A stretch of 64,000 bases of DNA, taken from positions 124,001 to 188,000 of the forward strand of contig JAVKOQ020000041.1 of assembly GCA_031835245.2 (NCBI GenBank), in the 5' to 3' direction. The stretch is from Balamuthia mandrillaris. Taxonomy: Eukaryota. Shown piece by piece: positions 35,130 through 48,597 of this stretch. The notes below the pieces were generated by a model, which had not been told where the DNA came from, made no database searches, and saw nothing but the letters and a program-made list of their open reading frames with translations. The first letter of the stretch is position 1, and every line of letters starts with the position of its first letter. The position numbers and the translations under genes are program-made.

Positions 35130-35988
35130 TCACCATAGAAATGCCCAAAACAGCAACAGCATGGAAGCCTGCGCGATGCTCACGGTGCAAGCGCCGTAGA
35201 GATAGCGCAGGGGGAGGGCGCGATGGGGCTGCATGAGCTCCGCCATGAAGGTGGACACCGTCGTGAGACATCCGGAAAAGCCGGTCATGGAAGCTTCCAC
35301 TAGGTAGGCGCCGGGAGAAGAGCGATCCGTCCAACCTTTGTTGGCGGCCAGGATGTGCATGGCGGCGGCAAAGAGGCAGCCGGCCAAGTTGGGGATGAAG
35401 GTGAAAAGAGGGAAGCCGCTGGCATAAGGCTCTTTGGCATTGAAAAGCGAGAGATAGTACCGCAAGAGGGCTCCTGAGTTTTAACGCGGTTAACAATAAT
35501 AGACGAAGAAACACAGACGCCAAAAGGTAAGAGCAAGAGCAAGAGCAAGAGCAAGAGCAAGAAGAAGAAGAAGAAGAAGAAGAAGAAGAATGAGAAGGTT
35601 ACCAAATGGAGCAAAGAGAGCAGAAAACATCAACCAGCGCCAAGTCTCAAGGTTTACACTCAATATACTGAGTGTCAAAACGGCTAGCGATAAGAGCACA
35701 GTTGGCAGTAAGGCCGTCCATAACAGCCGTTTTAATGGCTTGTCTGTTGGTGCTTCCTCGTTTTGTCCCGAGGTTGCCAGTGACACATCGCTGTATTCTC
35801 CATCTTCCTCCACTTCTTGTTGTTGTTGATGTGATGAAGAATCCGAATGGTCATGAATCACTTGGAAACGTTTGGACAGGAAGGAGGTGGGTGTTCTTGT
35901 TCCAATAGCAGTAACGGTGCTGTACAGATGCAATCCTTTTCGTGCACTTTTAGAAGAGAGAACGAGAAAGAAGGAGAAGAGAGAAGTT

Positions 35989-36038
<50 letters not shown>

Positions 36039-36621
36039 ACAGAAGCGAGAACAAAGAGCAAAGGGGAGAAAAAACGGTACCAAAGGTGAATGCACAAAAG
36101 TTGGAAAAAAGTTCAAGAAAGATGAGCAACAAGTAATGTACAACCTCCACACGTCCCAAAGCGGCCACCGCGTCCTTCATCCAAGAGGACAACGTCGTCA
36201 GACTTCCGCAAAAGCCTGAAGTCATCGCCACGTAAAGCCAACCTTCTCTGAGTCAAACTCAACTCAGCTACCGCTACGCACATCATCAAGTAAGGGGAGA
36301 GTACCTCTTCCAAAGCGAAAGACCCTTTTGGGGAGCTAGAAAGCCCATTATGACACAACCCAACACATTCGCAAAGAGGTTGGACGGCAGCACGCCTTGG
36401 TAGGCTTGGCCGACGCTCCACCGCAGAAACCGGGTGAGGGAGACCCGCAGAAGGGTGGCGAGGACGGCGCAGAGGGACAGCGCGGAGAGCAGGCGAAGGG
36501 CGGTGAGGGCGCTCTCTCCGTACCGCAACCGCCTCTCCGCCACGTTGCGCGGCGAGCCTGACCGAGGAGAGGGAGCAACCCCTTTACCACCGCTGCTACG
36601 CGGAGGAACGGCATGCTCCAT
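35130..36621 (-). CDS. FEX1: Fluoride export channel FEX (two Fluc/CrcB domains), multi-exon
   Basis: ANVLGCVIMG, GFCGSLTTLSSW, FAPFG/ALLRYYLS, PNLAGC and GFSGCLTTVSTF signature motifs of both halves. Confidence 0.9.
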
Positions 36622-36906
36622 GGTAGCGACGAGCAGGAGGAACTCAAGGGGTTTCGCGAGAGCGACGAGGGAAACCTAAGTGCCATCGCCAGACGGGCAG
36701 CAGGAGCGCGTAGAAAACTTTTGTGGCCGATTTTCAAACTCAAGAGGCACCCAAGCCCCATGGTGTAGTTGGTAACATGCGAGGTTCTGGTTCTCGCGCC
36801 CTCAGTTCGATTCTGGGTGGGGCTGCATCTCTTTTTGTTTTTTTTTTATTTTATTTTGTTTGTTTGTTTTTTTTTCCCCAGTGGAGGAGGGATTGGTGGT
36901 ATTTCT

Positions 36907-39813
36907 TCAAGAAAAAGGGGCGTAAAAGAAGGAACACTCCAAGAGGCACTGCCACATGAAGGTGGCGTGCGGGGAGGGCACCATCGAGGCAATGCGCCTC
37001 ACGGGCAGCCACGTCACTTGCGAAGAAGGCAACAAATCTTCCATCAAGGCTATTGATAGTAAGTCAGTAAACGAACAAAGCAACAAACAACGTGAAAGAA
37101 AGATGGAGCACCTTGTTGTTGTTGGCTGAGTTGATCTTCTTCCTGTTTTTGTGCAAAATAGAGCCGAAGTTGCAAAGAGTCTTCCGTAAGGTTGATGGCA
37201 AATTGTTTGCGAAGCTGCTGTTTCATCTCCACAATGCTCTCTCCCAAATGTCGGCTATCGTTCACGTACAATCGAGCGAGAGCAGCACGGCGGTCATCCG
37301 AGAAGACAAATTCTAATCTATGTTGTCTTCCCTCGTCCACTTTGACCAACCCCTTCCTTTCGTTAAGTGAGTATTTTCCTTCGCCTCTTTCATAGTCGTC
37401 ATCATCTCCATTCTTTTGCTTTTGCGTTACGACTTGTATTTCGACTTCAGCTCCTCTCGGAAGTTGTCCCACCTCCAAAAATGCAAACGAGAAGTTTCGT
37501 TCTTGTTCTCCTTCTTCAGCATTCTCGCTGTATCGCCATTCATCCCAAAGCCTCTCCACGATAGCTTTGCCTCCTTGTAGATCCGTAAGAAAGCAGCTTG
37601 CCCACAAAACTTTATCTGGAGAGGAATTTACAGCTGCCAAAACTTGAGCGATGTTATGCAATACCATTTTTGTTTGTCCTTCTACTCGTTGCTCCAGGGA
37701 TAGATTTTCTCTATCTGAGGAAGTTAGTTGCAGCGTAGGAGGATCGAGTCCAATTTGTCCAGCGAGATGAGCAATGCGCTCATCGATAGTGCAGGCTTGA
37801 CTGTAGGGTCCTATGCAAGCTGCTGCCCACCGAGAAATGCTTTGTACGTGTAATGCTTTATTTCTGTAAGGAGGTGACTTAGTTTAAGTTGTTTTTTATG
37901 GAATAGAAGAAATTAACGAGAAAGAAGAGAACAATCCCAAACCTTTTCGTAGAGGAAGAATGTGGCCTAACTCCTATCACTTCAATCATCGCTTTAGAGC
38001 TCAAATCCAGTTGGACACATAATCTATCTCGATAACAATAATAAGAACGAGAAATAAGATTAAAAAAAAAAAAAAACAAAAGACCTGCTTGGAGGATTGT
38101 GAAGACCAAAGTAAGTCTTGTAAACAGCATTTGCCTCTGCAAAATCGGCAATATCCTGCAGATACATCGATACAAAGACAACATTCTCCATACTTAAGTC
38201 TTTTGCCAACAATATCCCTGATAACGAAAACACGATATTTAAACATTAAAAAAAAAAAAGACAAAGAAAAAAAAGAAAAGTAAGCAATTTAAAGCAGAAA
38301 ATGTACCTTGAAGAGATGAAAGAACTTGATTCATTTGTAGAGTTACGGATGATGAGTGTTCATCTGTTGTAAGGCCTGCAACGAAGAAGTGAGAATGGCT
38401 CTCCTTAAACTTGGCCAAAAGTGCATCATCCAGCTCTCGACTTTCAATCCGTTTCTTGTTTTCCTCTTTTTTTTCGTTTTCTTCTTGTTCTTGCTCTTCC
38501 GTTGTTGATACCATTTCTATTTTGGCAGTAGCAACTTGAGTTTCTTCTGAGGACATAAGATGTGCATTTCTGTCTTTTTCTTCCAAGTGATATTTGGTTA
38601 TTCGCAGGTAACCCACCGGAGCAATGGCATCATCCGAGTGGATGATAGTTTGCATCTCATCTCTATAAAGTAATAATAATACAAAGGATGAGAAACAAAA
38701 AACAACAAGAAGAAAAGACAAAGAGAAGAACCGACATGACAATCTTTTTCTTGAAGAGAGGACAATCCAACGTGAGTGTTTCGTACTCACCTCCTTCACC
38801 ACAGACGTTACAGCCGTACATATTTTTCTATTATCGTAAATATGTTTTAGTAAAGAAAGCTAAAACAAACAAACAGAAGAAAACGATACCAGCTTGCACA
38901 GATAAGGATAGAGAGCGGTGATGGACTTGCCCAAGTGTTTATCCGGGTGCAACCCCATCGCTGCCACTTTGATGAGAATGGCGTCTATGGGTTGGGCGAT
39001 CATTTCTTGAAGGAGAGTCTCTTGGTCCCTCCTCCATAGATAGGCAAGCGACACTAAACCTAACCTGGCACAACTTATAAAACAGGTTGGTAACGACGAA
39101 GAAGAGGATGGAGAAGGAGGAGAAGAACAAGACAAGAAGAAGAAGAAGAAGAAGCAGAACAAGACCATGACAAACAAGAAGAAAGAAGAAAGAAGAAAGA
39201 AGAAAGAAGAAAGAAGAAAGAAGAAAGAAGAAAGAAGAAAGAAGAAAGAAGAAAGAAGAAGAGAAAAGAAGAAGGAACAAGGACAACAAGAAGAAGGACA
39301 AGAGACGTACACATTCTCAACGCGATACCGCTGATAGTCACTGAGAATGGCACCAGAGGAAACGGCTTGCACGGAGGGAATGGCCTCCTTCACTCGCCGC
39401 AACAGCCAGTAGAGACTCTCCACTTCGTCGGCCTCCTCCCTCTTTGCCTCCTCCTTTCGCTCGTACTGCAGCGACTGTTGCAGAGCAGAGCCGCGGATCT
39501 CTCCGCGAAACAGCGGAACGCCCATACACTCCGCGTAGGCATCCAACACGTTGTGTCCCACCGTTTGAAACATAAAACTGTCCAACTCATCTGAAATTGA
39601 TGAAGTTTTGTTGAGCGATTAACGACAAAAAAAAAAAAAAAAAAAAAAAAGCAACAGAATACCTTCGGAGGATTGCGTTGTTGATGTGGTGTGCGATGGG
39701 ACCTGTGGAGGACGAAGGTTCGCCAAAGCGACGATCTCGTGACCATACTGCTCGCACTGCAACATGTTGTAGCAGCTATCCTTGCCACCACTCACCAACG
39801 CCACCACTTTCAT
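36907..39813 (-). CDS. DPH6: Diphthine--ammonia ligase with C-terminal RidA/YjgF-like domains, multi-exon
   Basis: MKVVALVSGGKDS, DSFMFQTVGH, GAILSDYQRYRVENV, LAYLWRRDQ, CGEGGEYETLTLDCP, CIGPYSQA, LPRGAEVE. Confidence 0.93.
39178..39262. repeat. (GAAAGAA)n heptanucleotide repeat in a DPH6 intron
   Basis: Directly visible. Confidence 0.85.
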
Positions 39814-39862
39814 CCTTTTATTTTTGTTTCTTTTTGCTTTTTTCTTTTTTTGTTTTCAAACG

Positions 39863-39995
39863 AAACAAAAGTGTTACCCTTTGGCGTCGAACCGGGATTT
39901 TGTCCCTCAAAAACAAAAGTGTTTTTCTTGGGCATCGAACCGGGGGCGTTTTATTCAAAAAAAAAAAGTAAATGGGTTCTTTTCGGCGTCGAACC
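39863..39995. repeat. Three degenerate about 50-bp units, each with a minus-strand B-box-like GGTTCGAYGCC
   Basis: GGCGTCGAACC 39883, GGCATCGAACC 39931 and GGCGTCGAACC 39985, each preceded by AAAAGT. Confidence 0.7.
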
Positions 39996-40100
39996 TGCGT
40001 CCTTGTTGACGTCAGCAGTTGCATTAAAAAAAAAAAAGAGAAAAGAAAAAGGGCTGCGCGCAACGGACGCTGAAGGAAGGAGAAGCTTTGTGGAACAAGA

Positions 40101-40538
40101 ATGTACGTACATGATTCAGACCTTGTTTTTTAGATCTAAACTTGGTGCTGCTGACACCACTGCTACCTTTTGTTTTTTTTTTTTCAACAAAACAAAAAAA
40201 AAAAAAGGACCGAATATTGGGTGTCCACGCCTCGTTATTACTGCAAGTATTGCAACACATGGATCACTGACAAGAAGAACGTAAGTGACTAGTCAGGGGG
40301 TGATGCCAACGAAGTGGCTTTGGTCTCTCTCTCTAATGTTTTCTTTTTTTTTAAAAAATATGTGAAGAACAGAGAAGCCCATGAGAATGGCAACAGGCAC
40401 AAACAAAACGTGAAAGAGCACATGAATACCCTCAAACAGAAAAAGAAAGAGGATGCCGAGAAAGAGAAGGAAGTGTTAAACGAGCTCGAGCAGATTAAAC
40501 AGGTAGCCTTTCTTATATTCACTCTCTTGTCTCTTCCT

Positions 40539-40587
<49 letters not shown>

Positions 40588-41570
40588 GCTCTCTTTGCTA
40601 TCTCTCACTCCCATTTCCATTGGTTTCTCCTTTACTTTCAATTACTCTTCTCACCCTCTTTCTTCTCTCTCCTCGCATACACTCTTCTTCACTCGTTACT
40701 CTCACATGAAAGGCTGCGGAGAAGCAATACTTTGAGGACATAAACAAAGGCTATGCCAATGCGTCCACTGTTCTTGCGACCTCCTCCACCGCGCGAGGCG
40801 GTCGCTCTCGTGCCTCTCCCGCTTCCACACAGTCTGTCATTCAAGCAGCTGCCACCTCTTATCACACAACTCCATCAACGACAGATGCTTCCCTCGCACA
40901 ACAAACATATAACAGCAACTATGATGCTAGCAGCTACTATAACTATTATCAACAATACTATGCAAACTACTCATCGTCTTCTTCCACTCCTGCTGCCGAT
41001 CCTTACTATGCTTACTACTATCAGCAACAATATACGCCACAACAACCAAAGACAGAGCAACAAACTGGTGAAGTAAATGGTGAAGGCACGAGCAAAGAAA
41101 AATCCAAAAAGGGGACAAACGAAGAAGTAACGCAAGGACAAGAAGGAGAAGCACAATCATCGGAAGGAGCAGAGCAAGACCAAGAAGGAGCAGCATTTGA
41201 AGCGGAGGAGGACACAGTTGAACGGGACCCAGTGACAGGATTCGGAAAGTGGGTTACAGTAGAAAGAGAAGAAAACGAAGAAGATGAAGAAGAAGAAGAA
41301 GAGACTTCAACAACTGTTCAACAAGAAGAGGACGACTTTTTGGAGTGGAAGAGCAAAGAAGGTCCACGCAAATCGTTGAAGAGGGACTGGGATGAGTTGG
41401 AACGAGAAGCCGACGAGGAGGTTGCTCACGACGAGCCAAAGGAAGTGAAAAAAGAAGGAGAAGGAGGAGAAGAAGAAGGAGCAGCTGCTTCTGGCTTGTT
41501 CAAGAAACGAAAGCAAAGAGGAGGAGGAAAGGCTCGCTCTTTGCGACAGAAAACGACTTCGGAGCAATAA
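40101..41570 (+). CDS. U1/matrin-type zinc-finger protein (WBP4/FBP21- or ZOP1-like N-terminus), multi-exon
   Basis: MTEYWVSTPRYYCKYCNTWITDKKN/NREAHENGNRHKQNV; ATG split by intron 40103-40207; ends GLFKKRK...TTSEQ*. Confidence 0.85.
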
Positions 41571-41704
41571 AAATTTTAAAATATCGTCGATTATTCGTTG
41601 TTTTTGTAACGTCGACATGAAAATTCTCGTGACGACGCGGAAAATTTGACACCATTTATCGAAATTATTAACGATAAACTGAGAAAGAGAGACGGAAAGA
41701 AGAG

Positions 41705-42551
41705 ATGGAGCCACACAGAGTGCTCGGCAGTTCTGTACAGGGCCTAGTCTATCTCATTTGTACGTTTTTTTGGGTTTCTCTTGATGGAAAAGAGAATGCG
41801 GTTCGTTAGAAAAGGAACTCATCTCTCTCGCGTACTGCAACAGTTCGCAATGTGCTCACACACGCGTTGACGTTCGTTCTCAACACTTTGCTCATTCGGC
41901 ACCTCGACACCTCTTTGTTTGGTGTATGTGCGAACACCCTTCTCTCTTCTTTCTTTTTTCGCTCTGACTGAACCACAACAACTGTATACAGTTTGCAACC
42001 GTGCAACTAGAACTATTAGTGACCACAGTGCTGTTCCTCTCCAGAGAAGCCTTTCGTAACACGTGCCAACGCTCTGATCCAAAGTACTCTACTCTTTACA
42101 ATCTTCTTGTTCTTGTTCTTGTTATTCTTCTTCTTCTTCTTCTTCTTCTTCTTCTTCTTCTTCTTCTTGTTCTTCTTCTTGTTCTTCTTCTTGTTCTTGT
42201 TATTCTTCTTCTTCTTCTTCTTGTTCTTCTTCTTGTTCTTCTTCTTGTTATTCTTCTTCTTGTTATTCTTCTTCTTGTTATTCTTCTTCTTCTTGTTATT
42301 CTTCTTCTTCTTCTTCTTGTTATTCTTCTTCTTCTACTTCTTATAGGGTTGAAAACAAACAAAAAGGGAGGTGGAAAATGAGTGGAAAGTGACGAACCTT
42401 TCGTGGTTGTGCGTGCCATTGGGCATGGCTGTAACCGCCGCCACTTTGGGGTTTTCTTTTGCCTCTGCCTCTGAGGAGGAACGCAGTCTTCCTTACTATC
42501 ACGCTGTGATGCTCATTACTGGTTTGTTCCCGAGCTTTCTCCTGCTCTCCT

Positions 42552-42594
<43 letters not shown>

Positions 42595-42828
42595 CTTCTC
42601 CCCATCAAACTAATATAATGCTTATCTCCTTTGTTGCTGCTTTGTTGCTCTTCTTTTGAATACACAGCACTAGCTGCATTCATAGAGCTTCTCTCAGAAC
42701 CGTTATACATTCTCACTTTGCGGCATCACATTTATGGCCCTCGTGTGACTGTCGAATCTTTGGCCACATTTATTCGTTGTATAACCAACTTTTGTCTCGC
42801 TTTTTTCTTTCCTCAATTAGGTATACCT

Positions 42829-42874
<46 letters not shown>

Positions 42875-43928
42875 GCTCTTCTCTTCTCTTCGTCGTTCTC
42901 TTCTCTCTTCTCTCTTCTCTCTTCTCTCTTCTCTCTTCTCTCTTCTCTCTTCTCTCATCTCTCTTCTCTCTTCTCCAGTCTTCTTTCTCTATTGTTAAAC
43001 TATTTGCCCATTTATTTTATCAATCAAAACCAGGAGCACTATCTTTTGCTTTTTCGTGGTTGTTTTATTCGTTGACTATCACCATAGGATACTATCTTTA
43101 CTTCTTCGTTACTATCCTCTTGCAACATCCTGAATACCAAACCTTTCCTCTCTCTTCCTTTAACGAAATGTTTCCACGTTTTGTTCATCCATTACGGTTT
43201 GTATTTGTTAGAGCGAGAGAAAGAGAAAGCGACTAACAGCGAAAAGAAAACTTACGTAACAGGTGGACACAACGGGAATCGATTGTTTTGTGGGTACATT
43301 TTCTGTGGCAGTCCTTAGAGATGTACGTTCTTACTGAAGGACAAAAACATTTGATCAAGTATACTATGTCTCTCGTCAATCAGGGTCTCTTTTCTTTAGT
43401 TAACAATTTGGGTAAGCTTCCCCATGTCCTTTCTTCTTCTTACTTCTTTTTTGTTTCTTTCTTGGTCTTGTTTGTCTTCCTCGTCTTCTTCCTCTTTTCT
43501 TTTTCTTCTGACATAGCATCATATAAACACAACAGGATCGTTGGCGGCTCGTTTCATCTTCTTACCAGTAGAGCAAGTAAGTGCTGCATTGTTTAGTCAG
43601 CACAAAACATTAGGACTTCGCAAATCGAGCGAAGTTCTTACTCTCGTCCTAAAACTTATGTTGCTCATAGGTATGCTTTTGTATATTAGAGATGTTTAGT
43701 TGGTAAAACGAACTGACAACCTGGTTATTAGGACTTTTATTTATTTCTTTTGGCCCCAATTACTCCTTCACGCTGTTGGATCGCCTATATACGAAAAAAT
43801 ACAGTGTTTCTGAAGCCCCCTATATTCTTGGGTGGTACTGCATCTACGTTGCATTCATGGCTCTAAACGGTACTTTGTTCATTTCTTATACCATTTTCAA
43901 TAATTCTTAGTTTCTTATCTTTTTTGTT

Positions 43929-43972
<44 letters not shown>

Positions 43973-44154
43973 CGTTTGTAATTTATTCGCAGGAGTTTCG
44001 GAAGCGTTTATGCGGGCAGTGGCTTCGCCAAAGGATATGAAAGTGTATAATGGTTTCTTGATCCTTTTTGCAGCTGTTTATGTTGCTGTAGCGATTGTAT
44101 TCATTCAACAATGGCGAACTGTGGGTCTCATATTGGCCGAATGCTGCAGTACCT

Positions 44155-44199
<45 letters not shown>

Positions 44200-44577
44200 T
44201 GTTTCCCATTCGTCTTCTCTGTTTACATTCAACTTATATTGTTTTTTTTTTGAAAATAGACATGGCGATGAGAATCACTTTTTGTCTCCACTTCATGCAT
44301 CGTTTTTTCAACGATAATTACACCAACAAAAACCAGAAAGAAGATGCTTTATTCTCTCTGTCAGCTTGTCTGCCTTCCTCACTCGTCTTAGTCTCTTTCC
44401 TTTGGTCCTTCTTCATCACACGGTTCTCCAGCATTTACTTTTGTGGAGACATCTCTCAGTATTCGTTGTTCAGCGAACTTGGGCATATCACCATTGGCTC
44501 TCTTTGCTTGCTTTCTATCCTTTTCACCATGTTTGCCTCTTCTCTCTCTCTCTCTCTCATTCTATCTCTCTCGCTCT

Positions 44578-44628
<51 letters not shown>

Positions 44629-44816
44629 CTCTCTTGCTCTCATTCTATTTCCTTGCTTCTCTCCATACTTCCTTCAGAAGCATCTTTGCTGACATTTTTT
44701 TTTAAAAAAGAGCATTAACAGAACGGAAGTTTATGGCAAAGTGCAGAGAGCTATGGGCGCTTCGCCGTTCTCCTTCCAAAACGACCATCGTCACGCCCGA
44801 TGACAAATCAGAATAA
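41705..44816 (+). CDS. RFT1: RFT1 (Man5GlcNAc2-PP-dolichol translocation protein), multi-exon
   Basis: LTFVLNTLLIR, QLELLVTTVLFLSREAFR, IELLSEPLY, VLTEGQK, VNNLG/SLAARFIFLPVE, MALNG/VSEAF. Confidence 0.9.
42102..42342. repeat. Imperfect (TTC)n/(TTG)/(TTA) trinucleotide microsatellite in an RFT1 intron
   Basis: Directly visible; source of the poly-L, poly-F and poly-R spurious ORFs. Confidence 0.9.
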
Positions 44817-45068
44817 AGAGGCCCATTGGAACTATCCTCTTTTTCTCTCTCTGTTTTTTGTTTATGTTTATCATTGCGTTGTGTTTTTGTTTTTTGACTT
44901 TTTATTTCGATAGAAAGCTCACAGAAAGAATGCAGAATGACGAACGAAACTAATCTTATCAGGTTTGTTTATTTGTTTGTTTCTCCTTCCGTTCTTCTTT
45001 ATTTACCTCTCTTCTTTCTTTCTTTCTTTCAAGCCTCAAAACAAACAACAGAACAATATCATACGTAA

Positions 45069-46221
45069 ATGGAGCAACCCGAAGGACAAGCAGGGAGACT
45101 GGTGGTCGTCTCCGAGGCCACCGGCAAACAAGGCAAAAGCGTCGTCAAGGCGCTGCTGGAGGACAACAAGGTGCGATCCTCTCAGGGACAAAGTGCGCTG
45201 TGGAAGATAAGGGCGTTGACGCACCGCTCTTCAGACTCGCAGCACGTCCTGGAGGAGCTGAGAAAGTTGGGCGAGGAAGTGGAGCTCTTCTCGGCGGATC
45301 CTTCCAACGAAGAAGTCAAGTACGTTTTATTTTATTTTATATTTTATATTTTATATTTTTGTTAAATTATTATTATTGCATATATTATAACAGAAATGCT
45401 TTGGACAAAGCCTACGCGTTCTTCTCGATGACCAGCTCCTGGGAGCCCACCACTGCCGGCAAAGAACTCGCTGTCGGCAAGATGCACGTCGACGTCGCCT
45501 CTCAAACAGACGCGCTTAAACACCTTGTTCTTATCTCGGCGCCCAACGTGGAGAAGTTGAGCCATGGCAAATGGAAAGTGCCTTTTCTCACGGACAAAGC
45601 CTTGGTGGAGGAGTATGCCAGGAAGAAGTTTCAAGGAGGGTACACCACCTTCTTGGCTCCCGCTTTCTTCTACCAAAACTTCAGAAAGTTCTTTGCGCCG
45701 AGGAGGGAGCAGGACGGCACTTTAGTGTTTGAGCTGCCGCTTAGCAGAGAGACCTATCTTACTGGAGTTGATATCGAAGATATAGGTTTGAACTTTTTTC
45801 TTTTCTCCCTTGTTGTTGCCTCTGACAAACCAATAAACAAACAGGCAGAGCGGTGGTAACTGTGTTGAACAATCCATCAGAATGGAACGAGAAGCACGTC
45901 CCTCTCTTTGGGGAGAACGCTCACCCGCAGGACTACATCCAAACCTTTGAGGAGGTGACCGGCAAGAAGGCAAAGTACGTCCCCCTCACCCAAGAGAAGT
46001 TCCTCTCGGAGGCACACCACAAAGAAGAGGAAGACGAAGGGATGAGAAGGAAGAAACCTGTGGCAGACGAGCTGGCTCAGATGTTTGGCTATCTGGAGGA
46101 GTTTGGCTCGTTTGGGCCGTACTTTGCAGAGGGGGGCGCCCTTGCCAAGAAAGCCAACCCGGAGCTCAAGACCTGGCGACAATGGCTGGAGGCCAACGCT
46201 GCTCATCATGGTTTAGAATAA
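45069..46221 (+). CDS. NmrA-like / HSCARG family NAD(P)-binding protein, 3 exons
   Basis: VVVSEATGKQGKSVVKALL, IRALT, VPFLTDKALVEEY, PAFFYQNF, NPELKTWRQWL. Confidence 0.88.
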
Positions 46222-46547
46222 ACAAAAAGAGACCCAAGCTGAAAAGACGACGTTTCCTTAATATTAATATTCAACTCACAATCCTCTACAGAAACCATAT
46301 GAAAGGACTAAAGTAGAGAAAGAATGCAACTCTCTTGCGTGCTTTTGTGATGGTGAAGGGGCTTGCAACCTTGCACAGCCATGATCCCGGAGGTGCTGCG
46401 TTGGTTGAGGGAGAACGGTATGCCCCTTTAGCGGTGTCCGCAAAAAACCATTTTTGAATTTTAGTTGGTCGATCACAAATGGATGATAGATCCGTGACGA
46501 CATGTGACATTCAAACAAAAAAAAAAGAAGAAAGAAAAAAAAAAAAG

Positions 46548-48521
46548 ATGAAGTCGTCGGCAGCGGCGACGAGAAGAAGAAGAGCAGGTCCAACGAGGGA
46601 CCTCCACGTAGCGGCCTACGAGGGAGATGCTGATAGGATCAGCTTTCTTCTCACTCAACTTTCACTCTCTTCTTCTTCTTCCTGTTCCCCTGAAACGAAA
46701 CAAGAAGGGGTGGCTGCAAAAGATGATGAAAAAGCAAAAGAAAAAGAAGCGTCCCTCCATCCCCTCTCAAACCAAGAAGAAGCAGAAGAAGAAGAAGAGG
46801 CAACCCAACAGCAACAACAACGTAGCCAGTTCTTGAACCAACGGGATGAACGCGGGTTGAGCGCTCTGCACTACGCCGCTGTCACCAGCAACAGCCTCCT
46901 TCCCACCGTTCAAACCCTCATCTCCGAAGGCGCTGCCATCGATCTTCCTCTCCAGGAAGAAGACGCAGCGGAAGGGTTGGAGGATGCCGAGGAAGCTCCT
47001 CATCGCGGAAAGAGGACGAGACAACCAAACGGGCAAAGAGCGTTTCGTCGGGTGGTCATGTCCTCGCAGGACAAAACGCCAGAGATCAAGCTCTCCAAGG
47101 ACGGGCTTTATGTCTTCAACGCTGCGAAGCTCTCCCGCGTGTTGGGCACCATGGGGAGCGTTCGCAGCAACGTCCAAGTCACCTCCTCAACCTCTCTCGG
47201 AGAAGAAGACGAAGAAAACGAGAGAAGCAGAGGAGAGAGAGGAGAAGGAAGCAGAAGCAGAAGGAGAGGAGGAGGCATGTGGTACTATGAGGTGACGTTG
47301 CTGACGGACGGGCTGTTTCAGGTGGGGTGGGCCACCAGGAGGTGCAAGTTCACGCGCAACGAGGGCGTGGGCGATGATGAGTTCTCCTATGCCTATGATG
47401 GCTATCGCGTGCTGAAGTGGCATGGCAAGTCTTTTATTCCCTATGGCAAGCGATGGAGTGCTGGTTCGTTCTTCTTCTTGTTCTTCTTCTTCTTCTCCCT
47501 ACTTTGTTGTCTGGTTGTTCTCGCTGTTTCTTTTCTATTCTTGCTTTCTGCTGTTTGGTTTGTTGGTTCGTTAGTTTGGTTGTTGTGTGGTGTTAAACGT
47601 ACATTTCCTTCTCGTTGTATGTAAAAGGTGATGTGGTGGGATGCGGTCTCAACTTGGCCTCAAACCCCTCTCAAATCATGTACTGGCTGAACGGCGAGTT
47701 CCTGGGGGTTGCCTTCCAGGACATCAAAGTGAGGGATGGCTTGTACGTTGGCATCTCGATGGAGGCTCAGGAGCGGTGCATCTTCAACTTTGGTTCCTCG
47801 CCATGGAGATATCCACCGCCTGCTCCTTCCACGTTTCATAACATGCGACCTTCTTCTTATTTACCTTCTTTAAACTTGGACTCGAATGGTGAAGCGAAAA
47901 CAACAATGACGAACAAGATGGAAGATGAGAACGAGCAGACAAAAGAAGAGAGAATGAAGGAAGAGGATGAGTTTTCTGCTTTGCAAAATAATTCGGTGTT
48001 TGGGAAGGATTGTTGTTTTCGGTACGTGCAACTGGAAGGATGTACTCCTCTTCATCTTGCTGCATTTCTTCATCGAACGGCACTTATTGATTTTATGCTA
48101 GGTACTTCATTCTTTTTCTTCTTTCGCGCGCTCGCTGTCGCTATTTCTCTCTCTCTCTCTCTCGCTCTGTTTATTGATTACATATTTTCAGAGCCCTCGT
48201 CGCCGAAGATCACTTCAGAAGAAGAAGAGGAAGAAGAAGAAGAAGAACAATGCAAAGGTGATAAACGGGCAAAGCTCTCATTACCTACAGCTAACGTCAA
48301 TGCAAGAGATGCCAATCTACGTACCCCGCTTCACATGGTTGCCCTTGGTGTGTTCTCGAATGATACTGGAGATGATGGGATAGAGTGCATGCGGAGTTTG
48401 CTTGCCTCTGGTGCGCTTCTGCAAGCCAAAGATATTTATGGCCAGACTGCATTGCACATTTGTTGTGCTCGGGGCATCCTCCCCGCTGTTCAGTTTTTGC
48501 TTGAGGTTTGTTTCTCCCTCT

Positions 48522-48597
<76 letters not shown>

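Noticed and set aside
2075..39813. METTL18 and DPH6 as a cluster of translation histidine-modification genes
   Set aside because: They lie 33 kb apart with many unrelated genes between them; probably coincidence
42001..42419. Poly-Leu, poly-Phe and poly-Arg ORFs
   Set aside because: Translations of an intronic TTC microsatellite
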